From positions 44,020,001 to 44,084,000 of the forward strand of contig OX597817.1 of NCBI GenBank assembly GCA_951406725.2: a stretch of 64,000 nt of DNA, written 5' to 3'. Below are positions 41,775 through 54,402 of the stretch, one piece after another; position 1 is the first letter of the stretch; each line of letters opens with the position of its first letter. Source of the stretch: Octopus vulgaris (Eukaryota). The notes below the pieces were generated by a model. The model saw only the letters and a program-made list of their open reading frames with translations. It ran no database searches and had not been told where the DNA came from. Made by a program: the position numbers and the translations under genes.

Positions 41775-42420
41775 ACTACACAAAGAAATAAGAACCCACA
41801 ATATGGTAGAAGTCATGGCCTCTTATAATAAAAAAGAATACTAGGGGAATGTTCCAGTGAAGACCTCAGTAAAATGTAAGCACAACAGACATGATTTCAT
41901 GATTTGGGATAGAGAAGAGAAACTGTGCACAGTTGTGGAAATTAGCTGTCCAGGGGACGTCAACATAAAGCTGAAGATCTGTGAAAAAGAACACCTATGT
42001 TGAACTATTGAGAAATCTGCAGTTACTCTATCCAGATTACAAGTTCAAGTTTATAGGCCCTGAGATATGTAACACACTGCCTAAGTACCAATCTTGAGAA
42101 ATTAGGCTTCTCAAAACCAGAAAAGAGAAATCTAATTCGAAGACTACAGACCCAGTCCATTACTGGAACTGTAAAAAATCTGAAAATTTCCAGAAGTTTA
42201 TTATTTAAATATATACAAGCATGTCTAGATATGCAACTATATGCATGAAAATACATACATAAAGAACACAGATCTGCACATACATACATACATACATACA
42301 TACATACATACATACATACATACATACATACATACAAAAAAACCCTGTTGTTGATGTTGAAATTCCAATGAAGGAGCCTTGGATCTTTATTGGCAAGAAA
42401 TCTTGAAATAAACTGAATAA
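41775..42420 (+). mobile_element. 3' end of a restriction-like-endonuclease non-LTR retrotransposon (R4/NeSL-like)
   Basis: VPVKTSVKCKHNRHDFMIWDREEKLCTVVEISCPGDVNI resembles HNRPD..E.SCP of PD-(D/E)xK endonucleases; decayed; (CATA)n in the 3' region. Confidence 0.75.
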
Positions 42421-42464
42421 TGACATACATACATACGTACATACATATATGCACGCATGCATAT

Positions 42465-42497
<33 letters not shown>

Positions 42498-43335
42498 CAT
42501 ATACATGTATGCATACATACATGCATACATACATGCATAATATACGTATGCATGCACACACATACATGCATGTGTATAATACACACATATATTCTTTATG
42601 ATATATATTTCTTTATTGCCCACAGGGGGCTAAACACAGAGGGGACAAACAAGAACAGACATAGGTATTAAGTCGATTACATCGACCCCAGTGCGTAACT
42701 GGTACTTTATTTATCGACCCCGAAAGGATGAAAACACTTGTGCTTGCTAATCGTTACGTTACAACACTCATAGCAGAACGGTGAATTTGCATAACTTATT
42801 CCAAGTATTATTCAAGAACACTGAAATGTCTTTTTTATACGATTTCATGGCTTGTCTAACAAGAACTAATATTTCGTAATTACGAAACTGAAGTTTATGT
42901 CCACAGCATTTGTGTCACTTGGTCTGGTCTCTGAGCAATAAGTACTGAACAGAAGATGGATTCACTAATTGATAAATATATTTATCTACAGTATAAGTTG
43001 GTTCATAAGAACTACACATATTATATAGTTAAAAACACTTTCGAAATTTAAAAGGAACTAGTAGTGATTGATAACAAACGTCAGTTAATGAAGCTCACAA
43101 AACGGAATGTGTTCATGTTTTCCGAGAAATGAATTTAAAGGTTTATGATAAGGCCCCTTCATTATTTACCTACAACTTATTCGACTCTTTAGAGTTTACA
43201 GTTTACATCACTACGCTGCAAACAAGATTAATTAATTTTGTGCTTCCAGGATTCGCAGAGTGATCGCATAGAGATGCTGATATAGGAGGTTATTTTTGTT
43301 GAGGTCACACAGTACAGTAATCCTTAGACTGAAGC

Positions 43336-43404
<69 letters not shown>

Positions 43405-43665
43405 ATATGATGATGAAAGCTGTGGGATTGAGGCATTTCGAATGCTTGCATTTTTATTCTCTCATACACCAATACTGTTTTATATTAACATGTATTTATG
43501 AATATTCAAATTCTAGGTTAACCGACCAATTAAAATAAGAATTCATTGTAATACACATATGAATGAATGTATGTGTGCGCATACATTCATATGCAGAGGC
43601 ATACAAGCACACGCAAACATATATAGAAAAAGAAGAAGAATGTTTGGTGGATTAGATGTATCATT

Positions 43666-43704
<39 letters not shown>

Positions 43705-43896
43705 CGACCCCGAAAGGATGAAAACACTTGTGCTTGCTAATCGTTACGTTACAACACTCATAGCAGAACGGTGAATTTGCATAACTTATTCCAAGTATTA
43801 TTCAAGAACACTGAAATGGCTTTTTTATACGAGAGCGGATCTTCGAAAGGGTATGTTCTTACTTTCAGTGTTTCCAAATCCAAACCAAGGAGTTTC

Positions 43897-43948
43897 TGAG
43901 CTGATGATAGAAGTGTTGTTTTGACTAATCTTGAAACGTACGTTCTCA
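43897..43948 (+). ncRNA. Type I hammerhead ribozyme motif with intact core
   Basis: UGAG-CUGAUGA-[imperfect stem II]-GAAA-CGUACG-UU/CUCA; stem I UGAG:CUCA; palindromic stem III ACGUACGU. Confidence 0.65.
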
Positions 43949-44232
43949 AATAACCTTAGCATTTGATTTATTGATGTCCTTACCCCCAAACTTTTGTGAG
44001 TTGAATTAAGCAAACACTATATATGAGAGAGATTTTCTTTAAGTATTAGAAATAGCTTTAAAAAAGTTTTTTAGCTGCTATTTCTAATGAGTTCAGTATG
44101 CGGCAAAGTAATTTATTTTACTAAGCCCTTTTATATAATGTAATAATTTGAATTCGCCTTAAATGGTCCCTTTGCATACTGAACACTTGGTGAAATTGAT
44201 TAATAATTAATTAATTTGACCCTCAATTGTTG

Positions 44233-44270
<38 letters not shown>

Positions 44271-44431
44271 ACAAAACAAAAAGTGTAACCAGAACGTAAC
44301 AACAGGCGACAACAAAACATTCAGACAGTTAGACGATACGAAAAAGAACAGGAAATAAACAAGGACGGGTCATCCGTAGCTTTCAATCTTCAGTCGAGTA
44401 CCAGATAGTCTTTGCAGTTTCGGCCGATATG

Positions 44432-44493
<62 letters not shown>

Positions 44494-47400
44494 CGTTTTT
44501 ATATATGTATATATAATCGTTTTTGTATCTGCTAGATCCTTGATGCTGTGGGCTGAAATTGTGGGTTGAAATAAATATTTTTGTAGATTGGAAGAGTCAT
44601 TCTATTAAGAAGCGGAAGCATTATTGATAAGACAGCAACGGAAGGACTCTGACGATGAATCAGTTGATTAGTTGATAATTGTCTTACTAGTTGAATGATC
44701 GGTGATCTGGTGGAATCGTTAGAGCGTAGGACAAATAAGGATCTTTACATTTTAATTTCAAATCCCGCCGAGGTAAAATTTGTCTTTCATTCATCTGGGG
44801 TCAATAAAAAATAAAGTATCCATGAATTACTAGGCTCGATGGTAACGGCTAACTCCCCTCCTCAAATTCGCAGTAAACAGAAAGCTTAATTCTGAATTAG
44901 AAACAATTAATTTGGTCGATATAATCGATTAACCTCCCCACAAAATCGTGATCTTGTACCTAAATTAGAAACAGATGTTGTTGGCGTATTTTGAAATAGT
45001 CAGACGTGTTTTCGTTTCGTTCTTCCAATATGGTGGATTTTGAAGTGAAAGTACGTAAAAGCAGGTTCTTAAATGCGGTATTTTTTAAAGGAATTGTTGG
45101 AATTTAATTGTTTACAAAACTTTTTCACTGTTTAATCTGTGGCAAATTTTTTTTCGATTACTCGTAAACAAACACAATATTTACAGTGTCTAAAAGCGTC
45201 CCTTCTAAAATAAAATTCGAGCGAAAATAAACACGTTCTTTTACATACAGTAAACAGAAGAACAGAAAGAAAGCAAAATCAATTACTCAGCAGAATGTAT
45301 TTATTTCACAAGAAAGAAAATAATGAATTTCTGACGGAAAATGCTATCGTTTTGGATAATTCAAACAACACAAATCTCAGTAGCAGCAACAGCGGCTCTA
45401 ATACACACATGCGTTTGGTCAAGCGAATGAAAGTGTGAAAATTGGGAAAGCATTTCAAGCTTCCCTTCTTTCGCTGTTGCTCTCTCAAACAGATATACTA
45501 CAGACAGAAAATACCTGGCGGAAAATATCTCCGTGGCAGAACAGCACAACAAAGGATAGTGCATCCATACTTCAGTCACTTATTGAATAGTGATTGAAAA
45601 AGAAAATAAACTTATCACCGCATCTCAAAATCCACGGGGCGAATTTGGAGATGATTTACATACCGAAGTTATATACACTTCTTAAAATACTTGTAGACAG
45701 CATTGGCTGTTAACAATTTAAAATCGTCGGCTACACATAACACAGATATGTGATTTGTACAGTCAGCCTTGATGGGCTTCGTAGACAGAACTCGATTACT
45801 GGAGGCTAAACGTGTCGCTCCCAGTTTGTCAAGCTTACAGAGAGCGGATTAGCAAATTAGTTAAATGGGGTTTGAAGGGAGCATTCACCAAGACAAAGGG
45901 TAATTTACCCTGAAAATGGCGATTAGAGTAGAATCGATAAGGTTTAGTAAGTCTATAGCGATAGAGAAAACTAGAGTGGATGGAGATTTAGTTAAAAATT
46001 TAGATGAGGCACCGAAGAAAGAAATCACAATCGACGCATTCGCGGTGAGATTGGCGTAATTCAATGCAAAGCATGAAGAATGCATTGCCAGAGTCAATGG
46101 ATTGCTAGAGCCAAGCTCTAAGACACGAAAAGACGAAAGTTGTTCGATGGGTCCGAGTGATGAAGACGCAACGAGACTATAAAGCCACCATTCGGTCTTC
46201 AGCTGACCACAATGGGCGCATGTAAGTCAACGCCAAGCATAGATACATTGTACTGGAGAAACGTGAAATGAAGTGTTTTTCTCAAGAGGTCAGATTGTGT
46301 GAAGTGTCTGTGTGTTACTGAGTTGGGGGATGATTATAACAGGAGGAGATAGCTGAGGATAAGAAATAGTTCACCCTATCCCAACAGTGTCAGTGTGAGA
46401 AGAATACAATTGCCAAGATTAAACCGTGAATATTAAATTCATCAAGGATGCAAATTCAAAGAGAATTGGAATGAAATAAAACCAGAGATAGCAGTTCAAC
46501 TGCTGTTGGAATTTGGAAATTGTTAAGGATAGCAGCTGAACTTAAAGAAATAAAGGCAGAGTAACTGGAAGTTTGTTTCAGCTTCTGATGTCCAGAAGTT
46601 GGAATATATAGAAGTAACTGGAACAGTAGTCCTGGTTTATAGATGAGAGTATCTCAGAGAGAAATATGTTTTGCTGTTGCAAGGATTGTGTTGATATCCT
46701 GGAGGGACTAACTTCTACTGTTATTGGTCTCAATCGACCAATATTTAAGAATTGTAAATTCCATTCTATAATAAACAACATCCAACTAGTCGCCTGTTAA
46801 TTACGCTACGGCAACCCATCCTAAATGCTAACCTTCGATTAGAAGCAATAGAAACCACAAGCCTCAACGCAACCGAAGAGTTAATTAATGGAAGATTCGA
46901 CCAAATAGAAAATTGAGTAGACGATGGAATGTTTGAACAATATTTTCTCCAAACTGACAATAAATTTTCTCCCATTGTTTAGGGATTGTCAACACAGACA
47001 AGTATATATAGTAAAACAAAAGAAAAAGAAGTATGGATTGTAACAAAGCTTGTTGCTATTGTTTTATCAGCCAATAGAATAACGAAAATGAATTCGTTAT
47101 GTTAAGATGCCAAATAAATAAGGAACTTCACAAGTAGTACTACCAGAAAGAACATTAGTAACAAGCAATACTACTTCATACAAGCCAATTGTGGACAGAA
47201 CCAAGAAGTACACTAGTTATGTAACGTAACTATAATGACAACCCAGCAAATACAATCATTCTTTTAGTTCTAGAAATCATGAACAGTACCAGTCACGCAT
47301 AAAATCAATTACCTGCATCTGAATACCATATGTACTGGGAAAATCGGTAAAAAGCAATAGGACATCTATGATTGTAACACTTCATTTCTTCTCGAAGAAA

Positions 47401-48191
47401 AGATAATTAGTAACGGATAGCAATTTGGTTATACAGTTGAAAGGAAAAAAATATGAAAATGGAGGATGCTAAAATGAAAGTGAGAAAGCGAGTAGAGGCC
47501 CTGGTGGAATATTTGTTGTGCTAATAATTGATATATTGTTTGGTTCGTACTAATTAGACTTGCATTCATAAAAGAAGTGTTTCAAAAACTGGGACTAAAG
47601 GTTTTGCCGTAGAACATGAGAACTTAAGAAAATTTGTGTGTGAGTATTTGTGCATCTATGAGTCTGGTCTGCTTGTCACAGCATGTGCGTGGGTTACATT
47701 AAAGGATAAGTTATAGTCATTGAATATATATGTCTATCCGTATATCTCTTTGATGTTGTAACAAGCTAACAACTGTCGATCATTTGCTTGCAAGAAATGG
47801 ATTTTTTATCTCGCTAAACATACAGTGTAATTGGAGGTACACAGTACAATTAATTACTGCATTTGGATGCTTAAATCTACTTTCATGTACATCGTTTATT
47901 GTTTTGTTTCATCGAACCAGCACGAACATGTGTACATGTGTAAATTTTGTCAGCCATAAATGTATTCAGACAGTAATGTACATATTTGGTCGAGAGAAAG
48001 ACATACCTTCCAGTGATTTAGTTGTAGTGGTTGAGTTAGTTGTGGTGATTGTGATAGTGGATTCAGTGGGGGATTCAGATAACAGAACACAATAAAGATA
48101 TCAAGTTTGGTGAATATTTGTATTTGTTAAAGATGTGAATGAAACTGTTTCTATAAGGCAACTACATAAACAAAACCGTGCGCTTACACAA

Positions 48192-48229
<38 letters not shown>

Positions 48230-48349
48230 ACCACACACACACACACACACTTCTATTATCATTTAACAGTTCCAAATAAGCATGATGTACAGCTATACTT
48301 TCTCTTCACTCCACTATCATACACATTTTCTTCTAACTGCTATTCTTTA

Positions 48350-48801
48350 TACAGTACTGTGCAAAAGTCTTCGGTCACTTTCAACTATTGTAAATTTCTA
48401 CTAATTGCCATCTTATAAGTGGATGTTTCGCATTGCGTTTTTTACAGATGGAACATTGGCCCTGTTGGAGTCATTTCCATACCTAATCATTATATTTTGT
48501 AGTAGGGCTTCTGAATGAGAGGGGAAGATGCGAGACGACCACCAAAAATGGCCATGCAAAAGTTTTCGGCCACCTCACATAAGCCAATCGAGATACAGTG
48601 TTTTAAAATATAATAATGTCTATAATGAAAATTATTCAGAACTCCTACTACGAAATATAATGATTAGGTATCGAAATGATTCCAACAGGGCCAATGTTTC
48701 GTCTGTAAAATTCGTAATACGAAACATCCTCTTATAAGATGGCAATTAGTAGAAATATACAATAGTTTTAAGCGGCTGAAGACTTTTGCATGGTAACTGT
48801 A
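48350..48801. mobile_element. Tc1-type MITE with ~165-bp TIRs and TA target site
   Basis: TAcagtactgtgcaaaagtcttc...gaagacttttgcatggtaactgTA; arms complementary through to ttctgaat/attcagaa. Confidence 0.88.
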
Positions 48802-49264
48802 TTAAAATGATTCTTTGCAGACCCACCATTTCATTTTAGATATCTTGTCATTTCAAGTATTATAACTCAGTACTTGTCACCTATAATTTGTAGACTTGAT
48901 ATCATTCTTATCGTTATATATTTTCAGATACTTGATAAACAACAGATTTATAAGCGACCAAAACTTGTCGAAGACGTGTTACACTCTCTCTCACACACAC
49001 ACATGCACGCCCCCCCCCACACACATGTTATGGAGAACATTCCTTCTTTCTTAGTGGTAAAACCATAGAGGGTCGACTTCTAGCATAATGGATGTCTACT
49101 TAGTAGTCATCCCTCTTGTATGTATGTATGTAATATAATTTTTCTGAATCTTCAGATTTTTCTATATGCTAGACCACTGGTCCTAAATTGATATTAATTA
49201 AATTAATATTCAATTTTTCCCCTTATTATTTTAAATTTATATATATATATATATATAAATATAT

Positions 49265-49720
49265 ATATATTTAGTGAAGGGAAGAAATGGAGCCGAACGA
49301 AGATTCTACAAAATTCCTTTTTATTATTTTCTACACATGTTTCAAAGGCTGCAAATTCCCAAATTCGGATTGAATAAGGAGACCATTCTGCAGCTTTCTC
49401 TTCAGGAAAATCCAGGAATTTAAAATCTCAAAACAAATGCGCAGCAAGCTTTTCGAACAAAACGCTCCCTAGGAGCCCATGGTAAAAATGGCACCATTTT
49501 TACCATGAGCTCCTAGGGAGCGTTTTGTTCGAAAAGCTTGCTGCGCATTTGTTTTGAGATTTTAAATTCCTGGATTTTCCTGAAGAGAAAGCTGCAGAAT
49601 GGTCTCCTTATTCAATCCGAATTTGGGAATTTGCAGCCTTTGAAACATGTGTAGAAAATAATAAAAAGGAATTTTGTAGAATCTTCGTTCGGCTCCATTT
49701 CTTCCCTTCACTAAATATAT
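49265..49720. repeat. Near-perfect 456-bp palindrome (2-nt loop, one mismatch seen), tail to about 49870, flanked by (TA)n
   Basis: Centre catggtaaaaatgg-ca-ccatttttaccatg; ends atatatttagtgaaggg / cccttcactaaatatat. Confidence 0.97.
49574..49659 (+). ncRNA. Type I hammerhead ribozyme motif with intact core; mirror copy on the minus strand at 49326-49411
   Basis: AUUUUC-CUGAAGA-GAAAGCUGCA...UGCAGCCUUU-GAAA-CAUGUG-UA/GAAAAU; 6-bp stem I, 10-bp stem II with one mismatch, GUA cleavage triplet. Confidence 0.75.
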
Positions 49721-49870
49721 AAAACTTCAATTATCCGCACTAAAGCAAGGGGGCGAAAGCCCATGGTCGTAACCTCAACCGTGTCTTTTCTGGTGTGATT
49801 TTTGCTACACAGGTATCGGTTAAATTTTGAATAATCCGTAACAAGATAATTCATTTATCCATTTCATTAT

Positions 49871-49904
<34 letters not shown>

Positions 49905-51589
49905 CAAGCTGTGGGTAGAATTTGCTATGTATGTATATAATTTCTTCAATGTAGTGTAGTTAGCAAGTACTATAAAATCGTAACTTTAAGTTAACTTCGT
50001 CGAATTTTTGTAGAGTCAAACGTATTGGGCATTAAGTAAACGTACGCATCTGCCACCCCAGTCTCTCTCACTGCATACACTAATACATGCATAATTTATA
50101 TAATTTTGTATTAATCAACGCTCAGTACTCTTGAACGCGAAAGATTAGAATAAAGATCTCATAAGCTCATGGTATTATGGAGGCTATAGATTTTGGAACG
50201 CGAAAATAAAATTAGAATAAATAGCAAGTATTTAATATTGATGAAAAAGGACTGATAGAAATCAGAAATCAGAAATCAATGCTGTTTGTGACGTAATATA
50301 AATTCCAATATTTACATTGCTGATGGTGATGGTGATAAAATATATCTATAGTATATTTAGTTAGCCGGAAGGAAATCGATTGCTGTGTACTTATTTGAAA
50401 TATTATTAATTTATTTTTAACATATTCTTTTTTTATTTGTATCAATAAACCATATGTAGATTTTTCGATATACACTAATAGGTAGCATTATCAGTTACTA
50501 ATATTAAAGTATAAAGCTACCCATCCACATATCAAATTAGCCGTAGACAGTCTAATTTCTCTAAGATATGCTAAGTTTACTTCAGAAAGTGTTCTATACT
50601 TTATATCTGTTTAGTATTTCTTTCATCACTATCTGGGCAAGTAGACTAAAGATTATGTTTCACTGAAGAAGTGTAATACGATCGAAACATACCCGGAATT
50701 GTCTTCTGTACTTTCTGGAATAACTAAAATGATATTATTCAGTGATTAATTTTGCTTTTTCCTCACTATATAATTATTTCTAATCAGATTTTGAACATAC
50801 GCTAGATTAAAATTCGGTTACACCAACATGGTTGTTATTTTACATGCAAATGGCATCCCTGATTAATACCTCAAAGGAATTTATTCTAAAAAGATGTGTA
50901 CATATGCTGTCTGTGCTTAGTACATCCATAATTCTCTGAGGACAAGTTTCATCACACATAAGCAAACAGATACGTACAATCAGTGTGATGAACAGATTGA
51001 AAGGAGTTAAATACTGTTACATGAATCAATGCAGCAGGAACGTATTAACAATTTGCAAAAATGCAGTTAACAACTCCGTTACTTAAAGAAACTGGGACCT
51101 GTAAATAGATCTTTTTCTTGAAATAAGCGGTAAACGGTGTCATAAGTTACATCCTTGGCCCCAGCAGACAAAATGGAAAAGGTGTTGGCCCGGAGGATGG
51201 CGAGGGATTATTTTGTGCTAAAAGCTGTGTCTTGTAAAGAACTAAGAATTGCTAAATCATCAATAGGCCAAGGAGGTTTTGTTCCACTATTCTAATAAAA
51301 AAGAGAGGATGGACTTTAAAGTAAAATATATGTAATATTTCAAAAAGACTGTCCTTCTAAACAAACGGATGTCAGTTCCTAAGCCAATGTGCAATAAATA
51401 TTAAGATATTAGGTCAGGTGAAAACAAAGGCAGCAATTGTATACTTTCTTCGCCAAAGACTTAAAATCATAATTCCAATAACACTGTATTATGAACTATG
51501 TAATGTTTTTGGATGAAAATAATTAATCAGATAGTCTGTTTTTCTTTTATGGTGTGCAGAATACTTCCAAAACTAATGGGGTTCATATG

Positions 51590-51900
51590 ACTGATGTTCA
51601 GACAAGTCAACGTTTTCTGGGAGAACGTAAGGGTTGAAGGAATTCCAGGGGGAGAGTTGCAGCTACGGGAAGTAAGGATCAGGAAAAGTGGTTTGTGCAG
51701 ATTCGCAAGTGTGAGATGCTATATAGGTGAAGAGAGGTTAGGCATGGATGGAGTGTGTGGGAAGAAGTGGTGTGAAATTAGCTACTTTCGAGGAGAGGAC
51801 TTTGTTGTAGGGATATAGATGGAAGAGCGAAGAGATTGCAAGTCTGTTGGTTAGAATTTCTAGTGTTCGGGGATGCATCTTTGGCATCAATCGGATGGTT
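51590..51900 (-). mobile_element. Very old LINE (CR1/Jockey/L2-like) ORF2 C-terminal remnant
   Basis: Minus strand LEILTNRLAISSLFHLYPYN...PWNSF weakly resembles the LQPLSHRR..SLFYRY..LWNSLP tail. Confidence 0.35.
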
Positions 51901-52033
51901 TTTCTTTTAGGTACGGTCAGTGATGATAGTGTAAATGTCCAAGATATGGGCGCATATTTCAGGTGCAGAGATATAGATAGGGAGAGAGAGAGAGAGGAAG
52001 GGGGAGAGAGAGAGGGGAAGGGAGAGAGAGAGG

Positions 52034-52066
<33 letters not shown>

Positions 52067-54074
52067 CAACAGATAGAAGATGAAATATTTCCTAAACTTG
52101 AAGAGAAAACTTAGCTTTCGGATACAGTTTTGTCTATGTTACGAGTGCGAGGTCAGCAGGTAATCCTCAGAGCATTTGCAACGAGCTTAACGACATGAAT
52201 CGCATGTTGTCCAACACTTGGTGGGGAGGTAAGATATAGTTTTGTATGTTTGGTGCACTGTTTGTATTTTTGTATTGTGGAAAAACTGTACATTATCATA
52301 ATTTCATTGGAAATTATTTCAGTGGTCTTATTTCCTGGAAACAATAATGGACTGACGCTAAATAACTAGGCTGCATAAGGAGGGCGCTTGTTTATGTAAC
52401 ATTAAGGACTGTTGAAAAGAGTCGACGGAATAAGAGCGAATGTTGTTAGAGGTCACAGTAAGTAGGTCGTTAATGTGCCAGATGAAGATTGTGTGTGTGT
52501 GTGTGATGTGTCGGGGGTGGGTGTGAATAACTGAAACCGAATTGATAGATTATCGGCCAACCCATGGGTTGGAAATTTTCTGTCAGATGGAGTGATCTGA
52601 AAGATGAACCAGCTGAAGGCTGGAGGAGGCCAAAGAAACTAAGTGTCTCTGCTGTTTGAACGTTATGAATTGTGGTTAAGTTCCAGTCTAGCCTTGAACA
52701 AGCCTATGAGGAGAAGCATTGCAGCCATGACCTGCCTGCCCTTTTCCACGCACAAAGGACATCTAGGACTACATTATTCAATGTGTCCTTTTCCCTTTTT
52801 AAGACTGTAAGGGATAATTTAAGGGAAATTTTGCTGTTATTTTTTTTAGGTCGAACAATCATGTCACTTTGATATTCATAAGAAATATATCTTACAATGG
52901 TGCTTTTAGGAAAATATATAAAAACAACTTTGTAAAAAAGAATATTACAATACATACGAGGATTGTGTATTCGTAGCGCTATTCGTTCAACATATTGAAT
53001 ATCTATAGTATATTTCTTTATACTAACATTTAGAATTTTAAAGCAGATGCTTGAAGAAATCGGAACCATATGTATTCAGACACTTAACTACATCAAAAGA
53101 GACATTGAATGACTTTATTATTAACGGAAGTAAAGGTCAAGAGGTAAAAAACAAAATATATGTCATTGTCATACTGAAGTTATCCCCGCTGAATATCAGA
53201 CATCAATCTAAACAGGACAGTTATACATTCAGGATAAAAAGTATTAGCCTTCGGGTTGAAGTGAATTTTCCCAGTAAACACGTTTTAGAAACGACATCTA
53301 AACAATAATCAATAATGGATATTAAAAAAAAACAGACAAACAAAAAAACTCTATCTACAGATTTAGATTGCTCGCAAAGAGATGCACAGAACAATTGTAG
53401 TATAAATAAGATTTCAAAAGATCTTGTCGGAGAAAAAAAGTGATAATTTACAGACACCTCACGTATGAAAGTAAGTGAAATGGGGAAAAAAAAACTAAAA
53501 ATTTGGGAGAGGTTTAACCCACATAATTTGTAGCTGTTTAAAAACATTATCCAAGTACTCATTGCCTTCTCAGTAACAGAATACCCAAGAATCAGGAGTT
53601 AAACCAGGCAAAACATGAAGTCTACCGCCCGTCTATGATCACTTTTGCATTAGTTTCTTCTATGTCCAAGTTATTGATGGTTGTTATTTCTCCAGGTGTT
53701 GAAAATATGTTAGCTCAGCTACTTCGTGTATCGGTGAGGTAGTGAATTGCTCTTTGAGCAGTCATGTTGCTCAGGCCTGCAGAGAGCTAGACAAGAGTGG
53801 CAATACAGTTGGAGAACACGCGCTTTATCGGGAAGACTTTCAGTGAAGCGTCATCAATGCGCCGCGTGCAAACGATACGCGATGACATACTTAAAGTATA
53901 TCAATATTAGTCACAAATAAATGGCTAAATATCTTGAAACACAAAGAATATTTATTTGTTTATTTAAACATTTTATTACAAACTGTGATATAAGTTTTAC
54001 TATCTTGTCAACATGATCGAAACAAATTGAAATTTGTAATGAAACGATCACATATATATATATATATATATATA

Positions 54075-54334
54075 TATGTTACGACGACGAGGGTCCCAGC
54101 TGACACGATCAACGGAACAGCTTGCTCGCGAAATTAACGTGCAAGTGACTGAACCCATAACGTAGTTCTCTGGGAGATTCAGCGTGACACAGGTACAACT
54201 CATTTCTGCCCGCTGAGTGGACTGGAGCAACGTGAAATAAGGTGTCTTACTCAAGGACACAACGCATCGCCGGGAATTGAACTCACGACCTTACAATCGT
54301 GAGCTGAATGCCCTAACCACTAAGCCACACGCCT

Positions 54335-54340
<6 letters not shown>
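54075..54340 (-). mobile_element. tRNA-derived SINE with CpGs intact
   Basis: Minus-strand head ggcgtgtggcttagtggttagggcattcagctcacgattgtaaggtcgtgagttcaattcccggcga with A and B boxes. Confidence 0.85.

Positions 54341-54402
<62 letters not shown>

Noticed and set aside
45900-46120. FNAKHEE motif suggesting a LINE AP-endonuclease remnant
   Set aside because: A single short motif with stops; too weak to call
50655-53800. Additional CTGAAG/TTGATGA...GAAA words at about 50663, 52613 and 53780-53860
   Set aside because: Stems I and II cannot be formed convincingly; indistinguishable from chance
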